A stretch of 64,000 nt of DNA from Camelus dromedarius. Taxonomy: Eukaryota. The DNA is taken from positions 97,280,001-97,344,000 of the forward strand of contig NC_087437.1 of the NCBI RefSeq assembly GCF_036321535.1, read 5' to 3'. Under the pieces are notes generated by a model, which ran no database searches, was not told where the DNA came from, and was given only the letters and a program-made list of their open reading frames with translations. The position numbers were made by a program, and so were the translations under genes. Positions 50,381 to 64,000 of this stretch are shown one piece after another (the stretch's first letter is position 1; every line of letters begins with the position of its first letter).

Positions 50381-50989
50381 TGAGACAGGAGGGAAAGCAG
50401 CAGGGCACAACCATGAAAAGAATGACACAGCAGTTAGCACCAAGATGGTGGGAGATCTGACTTCCTGTAGACCTTGAGCGTCATTATACGCTCATTGTAA
50501 CATATTAGCATGCTAAATGACACACCCACAGGTGCCATGGCAGTTCCCAGGCTGACCATAAAAGGCCAAAAAGGGGGCGGTGGCCCATTTCCTGGGAATC
50601 CCAGCCAGTTCCCCAAGAGTAGTTGGAATAATCCTCCTATGTTAGCATATGAAAGTACCCAGCCCATAAAAAACATAGACACTTAACAACCCTGCACCCC
50701 ATGACCTCTCTCTCGCTCTCTCGCACCTTCAGAGATGGGCCCTGCAGAGTGTGCATCTACTTTTACCTTAAACGAAACCCCTCAAGCCTTGTGGCCTCTC
50801 TGGCCTTCTGAGATGGCCTGCACTCTGTCTGTGGAGTATGTAGCTCTCTGAATAAATCTACCTTCACTCTACTATGGCTCACTTCTGAATGCTTTTGAAT
50901 CCAAGGACCCTCCTTGGCAGGGCACATACCAAAGACTCGACTGAGACCTGGGACATGCTCATCCTCTTGTGTCTCACTTTCCTGTATCA
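50381..50989 (+). mobile_element. MER41-like ERV1 solo LTR, complete
   Basis: Starts TGAGACAGGA and ends GTATCA, with a 4-bp TSD aaaa. Carries MER41-type motifs 'cattatacgctcatt', 'acacacccac' and 'gccatggcagttcc', and AATAAA at 50851-50856. Confidence 0.85.
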
Positions 50990-52759
50990 AAAAGAAAAGG
51001 TATGATCTTGACCTTGCAAATCCAAGGAAACTCTAGCCCCATCAAAGCTTGGAAAGGTGTTGCTGTGAAGAGACTGTAAGAGACTATACTGTAATCCTGG
51101 TCCTTTTTACCTGGGCCACCCCGGCAAATGTTCACATCCCTACAGCTCACAAAAGCAACACCTGCCTGCTAAGGGTCCTCTGGCCAATCAATCAGGATCA
51201 ATCAGAGAAACAGCCTCCGCTCACCCTTTCCTCCTCCTTCCTGTCTGATTTTAAAGTGCTCTTTTCTCCTTCTCATCTTTTTGGATTCAAAACCCGATTC
51301 CTGCACACCAACTTGAATTTTTGCCTCTATTCCCTCATACTATAACATCTTTTCTGACTCACCTCCTGGCATATGGGCCTGCAGAGTTTCTGGTTCAATC
51401 TGGCCCCTCTGGCCTCTGGTGTCATTTCTGCCTAGCAAGGGAGGGGATCCCTGCCTGTGCTGCTCGGTCATTTGAGGGATTAGATTTTGTTGCTTGACGA
51501 AAATGTTTGATTTTTCTGAACATTTATTTTGCCCTTTCGAAGGGCACCCTTTCTAATTCCCATAAGAACACATGCTAGCGGACAAGAAGCCAGCTCCACT
51601 ACTGAGACCTTTCGGGTCTCCGTGTATTCTAGTTCATATGTTATTGCTATTCTCGACTGCCTGCAGTTTAATACACTTTATACAGTTTCCTTTTCTCTGG
51701 TGAGAGAACTATAATGCCTCAAGGAGTTTTTTCTTCATTAAAAAAAATTGTTTTTTGTAAACTAAAAATGCCTTTAAAAAATTTAGTGTCTTACCAAATC
51801 CAAAACAAATATTGTCTGAAAAACAAAACAGTCTGACACTTCCTGATCTATGACATTTAGAAATCTCCCCTTCTAAAAATTATTAAATAGTGTTGCTATG
51901 TACTATGGTTATAGGTAAGAAGGTAGGCTGATTAGATCTTTACAATAATGTAAATGGAAATCAAATCATGATGTTAAGCTTGTTTTGATACCGGAAAAAA
52001 ATAGATAAATTGAGGGAATCACATGCTTTATTATACTTTAAAATAATTAAAAATCACCTTACTCTATCCAATGCAAATTTCTCCAAACTGCATGCAGGTC
52101 TATTCCTTTCTTGTTTAGAACCTGTAACTGATTTGTCATTCCTTGTGCTTTCATTTAAATTTGATACCTGGATTATTCATCTGTATAAAGCATACTTGTC
52201 CTCTTTGCCACAGCCTCTGATGACAGTTACAGGTCCTTCTCAAAGCCCAGTGGGAATTAGAAGGAGGGAACAGGTGGACAAAGAGCCTTCATTCTTTAAG
52301 GGTAATAGTTGCACCTTGAACATTTGTTTTTTTATCATGCTTGACAGAATCCTCACCCAAGACAGCCTCTTAATAAACACTAAATTGAAATGTTTCTCCA
52401 GTAGTAAAGGAAAAGGAAATGCGGATACTTTCCTGATGGTTGACAGCAACATTCAGGTAGGTGTTGGAGGTAGCCCCCTTCCCGAGCTGGTTTGTGTGGT
52501 GCTGACAACATTATCTGCTCACTAATGTCACCTTCACTAGCCAGCTGGCTTCCTAACTATTTTAACCAACATATTAACTGGATTGTTATTTTTAGAGCAG
52601 ACCAATTAAAAATATGTAGGCACTGTTTTCTGGTGGTTCTAAATTTGGATTATGAAGAAGGAAGACAGAGAAATGTAGAAAGAAACTTACCTCCTGTGAT
52701 TTAGAAATTTCTTAATAAATTATTATTATTATCAGAAGAACGATTTTCAAATAGCAACA

Positions 52760-52970
52760 GCTAGCTTTTGATTACTTTTGTTGTAGCAGGGACTATTCTA
52801 ATTTCTTCGTACACATTAACTCATTTAATCCCTATAAGGTAAGGGGTAGCTGTTGTAATTATTCCATTTTACATACGCAGAAAATCAGGGCACCCTGCGA
52901 ATTAACAGAAGGGTGGAAATTTGACTCCAGACAATATGATTCTGGTCCCTCTTAACTGCTATGCTATACT
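52760..52970 (-). mobile_element. MIR SINE
   Basis: 'cattaactcatttaatcc..attccattttacatacgcagaaaatcagggcac'. Confidence 0.6.
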
Positions 52971-53649
52971 TTATTACACGTGTAAGATATATATAAAAAA
53001 GCAGAACTTTGCTGATTGAAGTTGAAGATCTCAGGCCTAAAGCTTTGTGAGCTCTCTCTGTAGTGGAAGGTTGAAACTTACCTGAGTTGACTTTGATAAC
53101 CTGCTCTAAACCAGACCATGGGGCTTCCTGGGAACAAATAGCTTTGCAAAGAGATGTAAGCAGCCAGTGGGGAAAGCCAGAAATTTAGAATACTGGGCCT
53201 TCTGAGAGAAGGAAGAAAATCAACAATACCTTAGAAAGAATTTCAGTATTTTTCCAGAGCATGCTACATCAGTAGGCTCTTCCTTATCTTAGTGCATCAT
53301 TTGACATTTTTATGTTTCTTGGATCAAATATTATTCAAAGTATTGTTAGTCTTGAAATAATTCTTCCACATCTCATAAAGACTGGGTGTGTAGATTATGA
53401 GGACTGACAAATCAAATCTTAAAATACATTTTTTTTCGTACTTAAATAAGATAATCTCACTTTAAAGTAAATGATAGAAATTAGTTTCAGTAGAGCAGTT
53501 TTCCTCAAAAGATAAGACTGGAAATCTTTTTCTTTATTGTTTTTCTTACAGCCTCAGTGGAAAGTGAAATATTTTATCCTTGTATCTACCTTAATTTTCC
53601 ACCTGCTTTCTGAAAGGATCTAATTATGGACACAAAAATAGTAACAATA

Positions 53650-53858
53650 ACATTACAAAACACTTACTATGAGCCAGACACTCTTCTAAGTGAAGATATA
53701 TATTTTACTTAATTCTCACAGTAACCTTATGATGTACATTGTTTGATCATCCTTATTTTACAGATGAGGAAACCAAAGTATAAAACTGTTGAGATAAAAG
53801 ATCAGGGAGTCAAATATAGGCAGTGTGGTTTTACAGAACACACCTTTAACCACTACAC
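53650..53858 (-). mobile_element. MIR SINE
   Basis: 'cacttactatgagccagacact..ttaattctcacagtaaccttatga..attttacagatgaggaaacc'. Confidence 0.75.
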
Positions 53859-53964
53859 AAGGCCACCTTTCAACAACTTAACCACCAACAAAAAAAAATC
53901 AATTAGTAAAAATAGCAGTTAAACGGAAATATGTCTTAAGGGTTTTCTAACACCATAAATATAT

Positions 53965-55235
53965 AAGGGTCTCCTCAAGACCCAGTCTCAATCTGTCCAA
54001 AGCTGAATTAATCTCCTTCTCTCCAAAGCTTATCATCCTCTGTATCTGTCAGGATACATTGTTATTTCACAGCAACAAATGATCCTGTTAGCTCAGTGGC
54101 TTAAAGGAGAAAGCTATATTTTTGACCAGTGAGGGCTTTGTGGCATGTCATCCTGATTCTGGGATCCAGGTGGATGGAGTAATGTCCATTTGGAACATAG
54201 TCAGTCTCATGGAAGAAGGAAAAGAAAACATTGTGAATCAAGTGCCTGCTCTTGAAACTTTCTCCTTGCAGAGAAACATGGCACTCCCAAAGGAGGTCAC
54301 ATGGTCCTAAGTGAATCAACAGGTCAGGGATATAAATTTACTGCAGAGGAAGGAACAAGTTTTGGTGAGCAACGATATATTCAACTAAAATCTCCATCTT
54401 AATTTATTAGCATCACCACTCATATAAGATAGAAACCCGGAATTTATTTCTACATTGTATTTCTTCATCACCTGCCATAAAAAACAATAGTTAAGACATA
54501 TATAGTCCTCATTCTAAACACTTCTCTCAAACATTCACTTGCCTCATTTTCCAGTGCTCTCTCAGATCTCAAAATCTTTCTCCTAGTCTTGGCCATAGCT
54601 TCCTAAAAGACTTTTCACCCTCTATTCAGCCTCATCCCCTTTCAATCATTGTCTGCACTGTCACCAAAGTGATGGTGATAAATTAAAATACAATAATTTT
54701 CTCCATTGATTACAATTATTTGATTTTTTTTTTGTCTTCTACAGAATTGATATAAAAAAGCATCCCCCTGCCAAGGTTGTTCTTATACCATGTAGCCAAC
54801 CCCCATGAAGAGTTATGCACTAGTCGTCCACCTAACTCTTTGCAATTCATTGAGCACACCGTGACATTTTGTTTTTGATCCTTAAATGAGGCTATTCTGT
54901 CTACAGAATTGCCTACATCCTGTCTCCACCAGGCAAAAATCCACTTCAATAAATATCACTTCTCTTGTGAAAAGTTTTCTCTTCTCTTCTGATGGGTGTT
55001 CCCAACTTGGCATGACAGTGCATTCTGAATGAGAGGTGACATTAATTCAGTCTGCTCATTCTGTCTGTTCATTATTTCACATTTCTTTTATATAACAATT
55101 ATTTCTTTGCATTCCTGTAACTTCTATTGGCTGTGAACTGTTTGAAGGAAATGTTTGTGTTATTCATTTGCATCTGCAGTGCCTACCACAGTGCCCAGAA
55201 TGCAACTATCAGTAAATCTTGAACAATTAATGAAT
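53965..55235 (+). mobile_element. L2 3' region interrupted by an MLT1K-like LTR (about 54041-54385, minus strand)
   Basis: L2 'tgtccaaagctgaattaatctcc' through to the end 'cagtgcctaccacagtgcccag..cagtaaatcttgaacaattaatgaat'; MLT1 'gggatccaggtggatggag..atttggaacat'. Confidence 0.65.
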
Positions 55236-56930
55236 TCTCCTTAAATAGCAATAGGAGAGAATTGAGAATGTGGGTGAAGATATTTCTAATCAGAGAAGGA
55301 ATCTACACAAGTCCATGGGAAATATAACAGAGAGTGGGCTTAATGAAGAAGAGAATTAAAAAAAGAGAGAAGATTCTGCTAAGATATGCAAACAAGAAAA
55401 GATGAAAGAAAAGGAATTTGGGAGAAAGATTAAGTTCAATGTTTGATTAAATTAGAGACTAAATTGTGAGAGTCAACAAGTTTACGTTGTAGCTTTAACT
55501 TTCTTATAAAACATGACAATTAGTTTCTGTCTTTTAGCAAAAGACAATCTTTTATTTTCATGCTCCTTCTTTTAAAATTAAGTTGACATAAAGGGAGGCC
55601 ATATTTGATTTACAGTGAAAATGGCCTATTTTTCTGGAATTTTATTTTCTTCAAGCTCCTGAGACATTTAACATCAAAATTTTGTTTAAATATGTTTCTG
55701 TGAAATGTTAAATATTTATAGTAATGAAATATATTAAATTAAAAATTTTTGGTCTTTATCTCTTCTAATTTCTGTTCTGCTGATCATAGAGTTTTGATGT
55801 ATTATTCCTCTTAGAGATGCATAAAAATAAAAATTTTCAGTACTCTTGATTTAACCTGGTACTAGAATACCACCATTGTAGTTAAGTTAATGTACTTAAA
55901 TTACTTATAATTAGATGTTTGCAATAAAATCATTTTTACACAGAAACTAGAGTAAGTATCGGTGAAAAGAATTATAATTTAGAAAATCTTCTAATATATT
56001 ACATGTGTATAGCACATATTTAGTAGAAGATTACTTGGATTTTTCAATAGAATTCACTAGCAGGAAACAAACAAAAAAATTTGTTCTGAACAAGGAAAGT
56101 TCTCCTTGTCCCACAGGAGTTGAAGTGATCTCTTATTAAGCTTGGATATTATTTTTCAGACTCGCCTCTGGACTCAAATATTATTTCTCCAAATATAATC
56201 ATGCAGAAAGCATGATGGAATGGATAGGCTTGTAGGACAAAAAAGATTTGCTAAAAGCCTTTGAAAGGAGCAACAGAAAAACAAAAGGACCGGTTTCAAC
56301 GGTGAGATTGGATTGTGGTTTGATGTACCTAGAAAAAGTTTAAACCCTCCAAGAAAAAAAAATTCCGTTATGTCGCCACAACATAACTGGCAGATGAGAA
56401 AACGTTCCAGTAGAACTCAGGGGAAATGCGTCATGCATGATAAGTTGGAATCAGATAAAGAAGTAAATGAAGAAAAAGGTCAGGCTCATTTGGACAAAAT
56501 TAAATGTTGAGGCTAAATTTAAAATAATCAAGAGTATTCAGGATTTCTGCCCACCCCCCCCCCCCAGATCTGATGACCAAAATATATTTTGAGGAAAGCA
56601 ATTGAAAAATTGTATAAAATCAGACCAATGTGTTACTGCAGTCAATGATTCAAAAAGGTGGAAAATGAATGGATAATCCTTTCAGTTACTTTATGAAATG
56701 AATGGATTGTATCTATCAAATATACACTGAAAAAAAGATCATGGGAGATGCCTTTAGCAGGTTGATGATTAAGTTTATCTCAGAATTTTTTACAGCAGTA
56801 GTGCTCCCTGGAGTGCTCTGTACTCTAAAGGAATGATCAGGAATAACACAAACATCAGGGAAAGACCAGGACCTCATCTGGATAATTAAAGGTGAAAAGA
56901 GGCAACTTTCTTAACAGAAAAGAATCTCTG

Positions 56931-57080
56931 GGGAGTGATGGGAATGTTAGCTAACTTGACTGTGGTGGTGGTTTCACTGGTGTATACATCTACCAGAATT
57001 CATCAGACTGTACGACTGAAATACATGCAGTTTATTGTACAAGAATCATACCACAATAAAAGTGTTAAAAAAAAAAAAAA
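56931..57080 (+). mobile_element. Short old L1 3' end with poly-A
   Basis: 'gtgatgggaatgtt..ttgactgtggtggtggtttcac..tgcagtttattgta..caataaaa' plus an A tail; imperfect TSD aagaatctc/aagaacctc. Confidence 0.75.
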
Positions 57081-59879
57081 AAGAACCTCCCATTCCAAAA
57101 ATAGCATTGAGGACTGGCCTTTTTGCCAAGGAAAAGAATCCTAGAAAAGTTTTCCTGTTTATTCACCACCTTGTTCTAAAAATGTTGGAAAGTATCTTAA
57201 TAGGATAACCAAAAATACCCATAAAATTATAAAATAACAAAGGGGGAAATATACAGTAAAGGGAAGATGAGGGCAAGGATATAAAATTGAATCTGGAATG
57301 AAGCTCATGAAATTAGAATACTTGAATCATTTATTTGGTTTTAAGCTTTCTAACCATCAATGCAAAAAGTGGGAAACATTATAAAATTCAGCTCCCATAA
57401 AATAAAAGCTGAGCAATTGCTCAGAGGTACTGGTTCTATGACAAGAAAGGTATCTCTTCAGAAGATTTTCATAAAGACAACCCCATGTAATAAAGTGAAA
57501 AAATCTAAACATCCTTAAAACCAACACAATCAAGTTTGGGAGGGCTGTTATTTTAAATTTTAAAATAACCCTAAGCCGAGGCTGATGGCATTGCAGAAAG
57601 CTGCTTTTCAGTGATAGAGAGGCCAAGAGTACATTTTAGCATTCTGCATTTTAGCATTTCTTGAGGAGCAGGTGAACCGTATATCCTCCAGGAATTCTGT
57701 TATAAATGCTACTTCTGCCTATTAAATTTTAAACGGGGATCGGGTGACAAGAAATTCAGAAACGTACTCTTGAAAATATCTCAAGTGGAGCTATTCTCTG
57801 CTGCTAAATGAGTGAAGATCCATATATTATGAGTAAAAGTATATGTTCTAGGGCCAAATTTATTTAGGAAGGTTGATTGGTTTTAATTGAAGCTGGGACA
57901 TCAAAATGCTGCCAGGGCCTAACAGACACCTAGAGACTCTAAATAAATTTTTAAACGTATTTCTATTAAACTAGAGTTTGGAGAATAGGCTACACATATG
58001 AAGCTGTTAGGACAAATAATTGCTTCCTGGCATACTTCTTGAAAGGGCAGGTAACAAATCCCAATGGTCCACGAATGCATCTCTAATTAATCTATTAATA
58101 AAACAGGCTAAATATGTCTGAATGAATTTTGCAATCTATTACCATCTTTTAACAAGAGTACAATGTTGGATGGCAGGACCCTTTTTTTTTTTTTAATTTA
58201 AAAGGCTGTTTTAAGTTTTGTAATGAAACAACTTGGCTCAGATTTTATTATTTTCATAAATAGGTCTCAATCAGGATTCTTTTCAATAAAATGAAACTAT
58301 AAAAGCAGGAGTTCTTCCTTATTATCTTCTCCCCCTAAGGCTGACAGTAAAAGTGGTATTAAAGGCATAGGTATGTGTGTTTCCTTACTGAGGTTTTTGA
58401 GAAGCACAGCCCACACTTAAGCTAGAAATGTGCAACAATCTACAATGTGACAGCTTGCTGCTACTGCCATGAGGTTTGAAAACTAAACATGGAATTTTAT
58501 ACCCAGCAAGAATTATCACTCATCAAGGCAGATTCATTACTTGGTATTAAAATAGTTTTTAAAAGTTGAAGACTTCCCAAGTTGCTTTAAAAATTATTTT
58601 GAATGAAAGTGCTAAAAAATGATTTATCAGCACAGAGTTTTAAAATTCCAATGGGCATGAAAATATTCATAGTTATCATCATAAAAAGTGAAATAAATCT
58701 AAATGAATTACAATCATCATGCATTTATAATTACCAGTTATATTTTTAAAGAAAAAAATTTCATGGCATTATTGGATTTCATATTCCCTTGAATTCACCC
58801 AGGAGAATTTTGACAATTTGCTATAATTCGTAAGTGAATCTGCCAACGCGACTGTGCCACTCTCAAAAATTGAGAATAACAGTCTAACAATGCAAAACTT
58901 ACTATTTCTCATTTAGATCTTCATGACTGATACTTCAAGTAGAAGATGTATTTTCTAAAGATTAAAAATATAGGACCATAGTATTGCATATTATGATAAA
59001 ATTCAGAACAGGTTAGCTGTATTCTTGGGAATAAAACCACAACTAAGCAATAGTTGGACACACAAACATAGTCCCTGTGTAGGCAAATAGTCTCTAATCA
59101 ATATGCCAAAATGGCATTTAGGAAGAATTCATAACATTCTTCTTACTATAGATTCAATGCAACTAAAATGAGGATTAAAGATGTTAAGGCTTTATCCACG
59201 AATGTTCACTACATAATGTAACTTTAAAGGCTGGTCTTGAAGAGCTTTCCAACAGTCCATTCAATTAAATATTTATTGAGTGCCTTCTAGGGGTTTGGCA
59301 TTAGGTGAGCTTCAGAGGGGCACAGACCAGAGAACACATAATCTTTGAATGTTTGGATCAGCCTAAGAAACAATTCTTTGTACTAACAATCTCATACACA
59401 GTAGGAAACAATCCTTTCATACCCTCCTTATTGTATGTGAACAATGTTTGGTACTAAAATAAAGTGGCTCTCTAAAATGTATCATAAAAGAGAAGCATAC
59501 TTTTTGAGATCAGAAAATTTTTGCACAGAATATTACTGGTGCCTGTAATTTGTTTAATAGGAAGAATATAGTCTGTTATATAAGGAAAATGTATTGTTTC
59601 CCAGCAAAGGGAGTCAATGGAAGCAAAGTGAGACACAGGATAAGTCAGAACTCAGACCAACCTTTGGCATAGCAAGTAGATTACTCCGACTGCAGTAGTA
59701 GGAAAATAAATCTGACAGTGTATAAAAGTAGTGTGAAGTCTCCTGTCAAAACATTTTTAAAACATAATATTGATTGTTTTAACTCTGAGTAAGATAAGTT
59801 TATTTTACAATAGTTGGAAAAGAGATAAAAGCATAAAGATGAAAAAAATCACTTACTGAAATTTATTTATCTTTTAGCT

Positions 59880-60380
59880 ATAAATACTCACAAACCTACA
59901 TACCCTTAGTTGTAGAATCACAACTATAGAGTCCTGGTATGTATCTTTGTCTAACTGCATCCTCAGAATTTCTTCAGATCATTAAAAACCTTCTATAAAT
60001 ATTCTCTTAGTGGTTTCATAGTATTCCAACATGCAGGTTTCATTGGTTTTTCTCTATGGATGAATATGCTGCTTGTTTTATTATTTTTGGTATGACAAAT
60101 ATTCTTACCTAAAAAAAATCTCTTGGCATCATTGACTTAGAGGCTATTTTGCTAAAAGTGTAATTATGGTATCAAAAGACAAAAATATCTGTAAGCCATC
60201 TAGTATAAACTGTCGTACCTCTCCAGAAAGGCTGGTCCAATATAAACTCACACGAGCAGAACCTATGAAAATCCCCTGTAGACCCAGGCACGTGTTGTAA
60301 TGTGTCATTAAAGACTCTTGCCAGATTGAGAGATGGAAACAGCACTGTTTAAATGTGCACTGACTTGATAAGATTTTGAA
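59880..60380 (-). mobile_element. Ancient L1ME-like fragment
   Basis: 'catagtattcca', 'aaaagtgtaattatggtatcaaa' and 'ctctccagaaaggctggtccaat' resemble antisense L1 ORF2 and 3'UTR sequence. Confidence 0.45.
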
Positions 60381-60564
60381 CCAGACCCTAAAGGAGGGAG
60401 AGAATTTGGGGAAGAACTCAAAGTAAACACAAGTGCCTGCTGTTTTAGGTAAGAGTTGTAAAGATCTTCGAGAAATAAAACTGCTTCTGAAATGAAACAA
60501 AAGTGGTCATTTAAAACAGACCATTTGGGAGAGAAGGGTCCAAATCAAGGCTTGGAAAAGGAAG

Positions 60565-60917
60565 TGTATTAGTCAGCATGGGCTTCCGTAACAAAATGTT
60601 ACAGACTGGGAGGCTTAAACAACAGAAACATATTTCTCTCAGTGCTGGAGGCTGGAAATCCAAGATCAAGATGCAGTGTCTGGTGTGGGCTGTCTCCCTG
60701 CCTTGCAGATGGCTGCCTCACTGTGTCCTCACATGGTGGAGAAAGAGAGATCTCTTCCTCATCTTATAAAGCAACAGTCCTACTGGATTAGGGCCCCATC
60801 CCTATGATCTCACTTAATCTTAATCTCCTCCTAAAGACCTTGTTTTTACATACAGTCATATTGACGGTTAGGGCTTCAATATACAAATTTGGTTTGATAA
60901 AAATCCAGTCCATGGCA
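60565..60917 (-). mobile_element. MLT1A-type MaLR solo LTR
   Basis: 'tgtattagtc..gtaacaaaa..agactgggaggcttaaacaacagaaa..ggaggctggaaatccaagatcaag'; 5-bp TSD ggaag/agaag. Confidence 0.88.
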
Positions 60918-61979
60918 AGAAGGACTGAATTCGTTCACACTCATGAACAAACAATTTCACGACTGCTGGAATAAGCATAAATAGCAAGATCACTACCTTC
61001 AACAGGAAACGCAGAAAACTTTTCAGTAACATGCTCATCTTGTAGCATTCTGCTACATGCCAGGAAAGGAGCTTTTATACGTCACAAGAGCAGTTGGGGA
61101 TATAACAGGTGGGATCCTTAAAACTGGGGCGGTAGAGTTGTGAATCAACAACTTTGATATTATTTTAAACCCCAAGGTTAGATGAGACAGCTATAGCAGC
61201 AGCAGAGTGACAAGTCAAGGTCTGTGAGCAAGCACTGGGGGTGCCACAGGCAGGCAATAACCAAAAGTGTTGCTGAAATGAATCCTCAAACAGTGATTAG
61301 AAGAAAGGAGGTACCTTATAGTAGGGCTCGAAGCTAAGATTAAAATGCCAAATTTATGAACCTTTGTTGTCATCTTAAAAAAAAATCTTTATCTATACTC
61401 CTTTCAAGTGAGAGAATGATTTTGACATGTCTGTAGTGAGCATTAGCTTATTGAGTCGAAAACAGAAATCACTGACACTTCCAGGACAACGTTAACTTAT
61501 TAAAGTGTTACACAAGTCTTGACTAAATTATAAGCCCTTAAACTTTGTTGTGTTTTTATTTGTGGAATTCCTCACTTCTGAGACATGATAACCAACTTGA
61601 CCAAGATGCACCTTCACTCTTCACGGGTCATTGTGGTGGAAGGTCTAATTCCAGAGACAAACTAGAGACCTATTTCAGTAAGAAAGTTTCAATAAAGAAT
61701 CTTTGTATGGAGAATCATTTGGAGAAATATTTTCAGAACATGATCCAAGAAATTACAGCCTGGAGAGTATCCCATAGTAGAGTGCTTCAAGGGGATCCAA
61801 GGGACTTGAGCTTCTGTAGAAAGACGAGTATATTTTACTGGAGAGATGAACATCAAAACTAGATTTGGAACTGAGCTACCTAAGCTCAACTTATTTCAAA
61901 ATCTTCCCACAGTCAGTCTATCTAATTAAGTGGAGATGTGCAGGAAATTTTCCAAAATAAGATAAGCTTGAAATGGTCA

Positions 61980-61983
<4 letters not shown>

Positions 61984-62038
<55 letters not shown>
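61984..62038. repeat. (AC)n microsatellite, about 27 units
   Basis: Perfect dinucleotide run read directly. Confidence 0.97.
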
Positions 62039-62042
<4 letters not shown>

Positions 62043-63554
62043 TGTATGAACAGACATATGCATTATACACACACATATATCTCCATATATCTATATCTAC
62101 ATGTCTATATCACATATATGTGTATATACACAAAACTAAAATGTATATTTAGATTTTTACATGTTAAGTGTTGGCTGCAATAAAAGTATAAATATTTAAA
62201 TGTATTGTTGGAAAAGAATGACATTTTTTTCTGCATCTCGTTTTCAGTGAACCCCTAGCCTGCAGATACCCAGTAGTAACATCTTTATCTCCTAAGGCAT
62301 TGGGTAGGAAAGGGACAGTGGCTTAGAAAGAGGAAAAGGTTAGAAGGTAGCAGCTCAATCAGTAAACACATAAAAGGAGGATTAGTGGTATTCGCCTTCT
62401 CTCCAAAATAAAGCAGTGGATTTCCCTCCTAATCCTCAAACCCCACACCCCTATTCTCCCCCTAAAATATCTAATGACAGCCAGATCGTGAGCGCAGAAC
62501 TATTTCTGTTTCTGACACGTACGTGTGTCTCCTTGTTCAGATCTATCATCACAAAATGACAGGTTCCAGATGCTTTCTAACATTTACTTTGGGGAAAATC
62601 TTTTAAAATAAACGCCAGGACAAACTTGTATTTTTCTCTTACTGTTCTGTTATTTTTACTGGCCTCTCAAAACCTTCTGTCCTCATGTCAACTGTCTTGA
62701 CAAGATGAGATGAAACTTAGTAGCATCTAACAGTAATGGAAGATACTTATTTTGGTGCAAATTTATTAAAATTCTGTTTCAGGAATAATGATTTATACAC
62801 GTAGAATTGCAACCATGAACAATATCCAATACAATAAGTTAGAAAGACATATACTGAGGTTTTCCAGTTCACTAGAATGCAAAACTGTAATTACTCAAGG
62901 TGTCTATAAGGTTATAAGTATTGTGACTGAAATGATAGAATCTACTCTGTGTTAAAAATGAAGAACTTTTGGAACTTGATCTTTAGATACGTCTCAAGTC
63001 AATCACAAGGTTGTTTCTCATTTTTGAGGCTCAATTCTACTTAATTTCAATTTCTACTTCCTTCATCCAATTATTCTTGTTCTGTGGCAGATTTTATTAA
63101 ACCATATAATTTGACTTTATCATTAATTAGATGGAGAGCCTGCCAATATTGCATTTCACCTTTTGCCTCTTAATGATGATTAAGATGAAAGCATACTTTC
63201 GTCCAGTAATCTTTGTATAGTACCAAGAAAGGACTGCACAAAAGTTGGCTACTGAGGGTTAATCACTGGGTTCCAATGAATTTCCTGTTAAAAGAAAATG
63301 TACCTTTAAATCTGAAAGAGTATAAAATGTCTTGGACTTATTACTTATCTATTTATTGCTTGGGGTCAGGTATGCAGACTATTCACCCCCAGAAAGGTTT
63401 TATTTATGTAGCTATTAACTGGCTTATACATGACAATAAAAGCCATCCTACAAAAATAAAATTCCCTCACCTCAGGCATTTCATGATTTGACTGAAGGTT
63501 ATTTGTTTCCAGGGTAAGGAACATCCTTGTATATACCAAGAACATTGCTAATGT

Positions 63555-64000
63555 TATTTTAATTGAAATATAGTTGACATACAATATTATGTTAATTTCA
63601 GGTGTACTACATAGTGATTTGACATTCACATACATTATGAAATAATCACTACAGTAAGTCTAGGAACCATCTGTCCCCAAACAAAGTTATTACAATTCTA
63701 TTGACCATATTCCTTATATTACAGCTTCATGACTTATGTATTATGTAACTGGAAATTTATACTTCTTAATCCTCTTCATCTATTTTGCTTATCCCCCCAT
63801 TCCCATCCCTTCTGGCAACCTATTTTTTCTCTGTATCTATGAGTCTGTTTCTGTTTTCTTTTGTTTATTTGTTTTGTTTTTTAGACTTCACATATAAGTA
63901 AGATCATACAATATTCATCCTTCTCTGTGTTATTTCACTTAGTGTAATATTCTCTAGATTGATCTATGTTGCTGCAAATGGCAAGATTTCATTTTTATGG
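63555..64000 (-). mobile_element. L1 3' end (L1MA-like), runs off the window
   Basis: 'ttttaattgaaatatagttgacatacaatatta..tctggcaacc..ctctgtatctatgagtctg..tatttcacttagtgtaat..gttgctgcaaatggcaagatttc'. Confidence 0.9.

Noticed and set aside
52010..52525. 171-aa ORF
   Set aside because: Non-ATG (TTG) start, no recognisable domain, and a Leu/Ser/Phe-rich composition typical of random AT-rich DNA.
61938..62183. ORF with a THTHTH repeat
   Set aside because: It is simply the translation of the (AC)n microsatellite.

Overview
AT-rich mammalian genomic DNA, most likely camelid (alpaca/llama/camel), judged from a tRNA-derived vic-1-type SINE at 4257-4465. It is not prokaryotic, and I see no intact host CDS, rRNA, tRNA or CRISPR array; almost all ORFs in the track are noise. 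Most identifiable content is transposable elements: L1, L2, MIR, MaLR/ERVL/ERV1 solo LTRs, and hAT and Tigger MITEs. Family names are by-eye matches to remembered consensus sequences, not RepeatMasker output. The main observations are four. (1) A 3.1-kb L1 at 45707-48786 keeps its 5'UTR, ORF1 and 3' end but lacks almost all of ORF2, an architecture resembling HAL1. (2) A TE-poor region at about 20-31 kb carries minus-strand promoter signatures, splice donors and a 17-nt microexon candidate, suggesting the multi-promoter 5' end of an unidentified gene running leftwards. (3) A perfect 47-bp duplication has its copies 700 bp apart. (4) A possible, very decayed GCNT/GT14-like coding relic lies at about 4.1-5.2 kb and is speculative.
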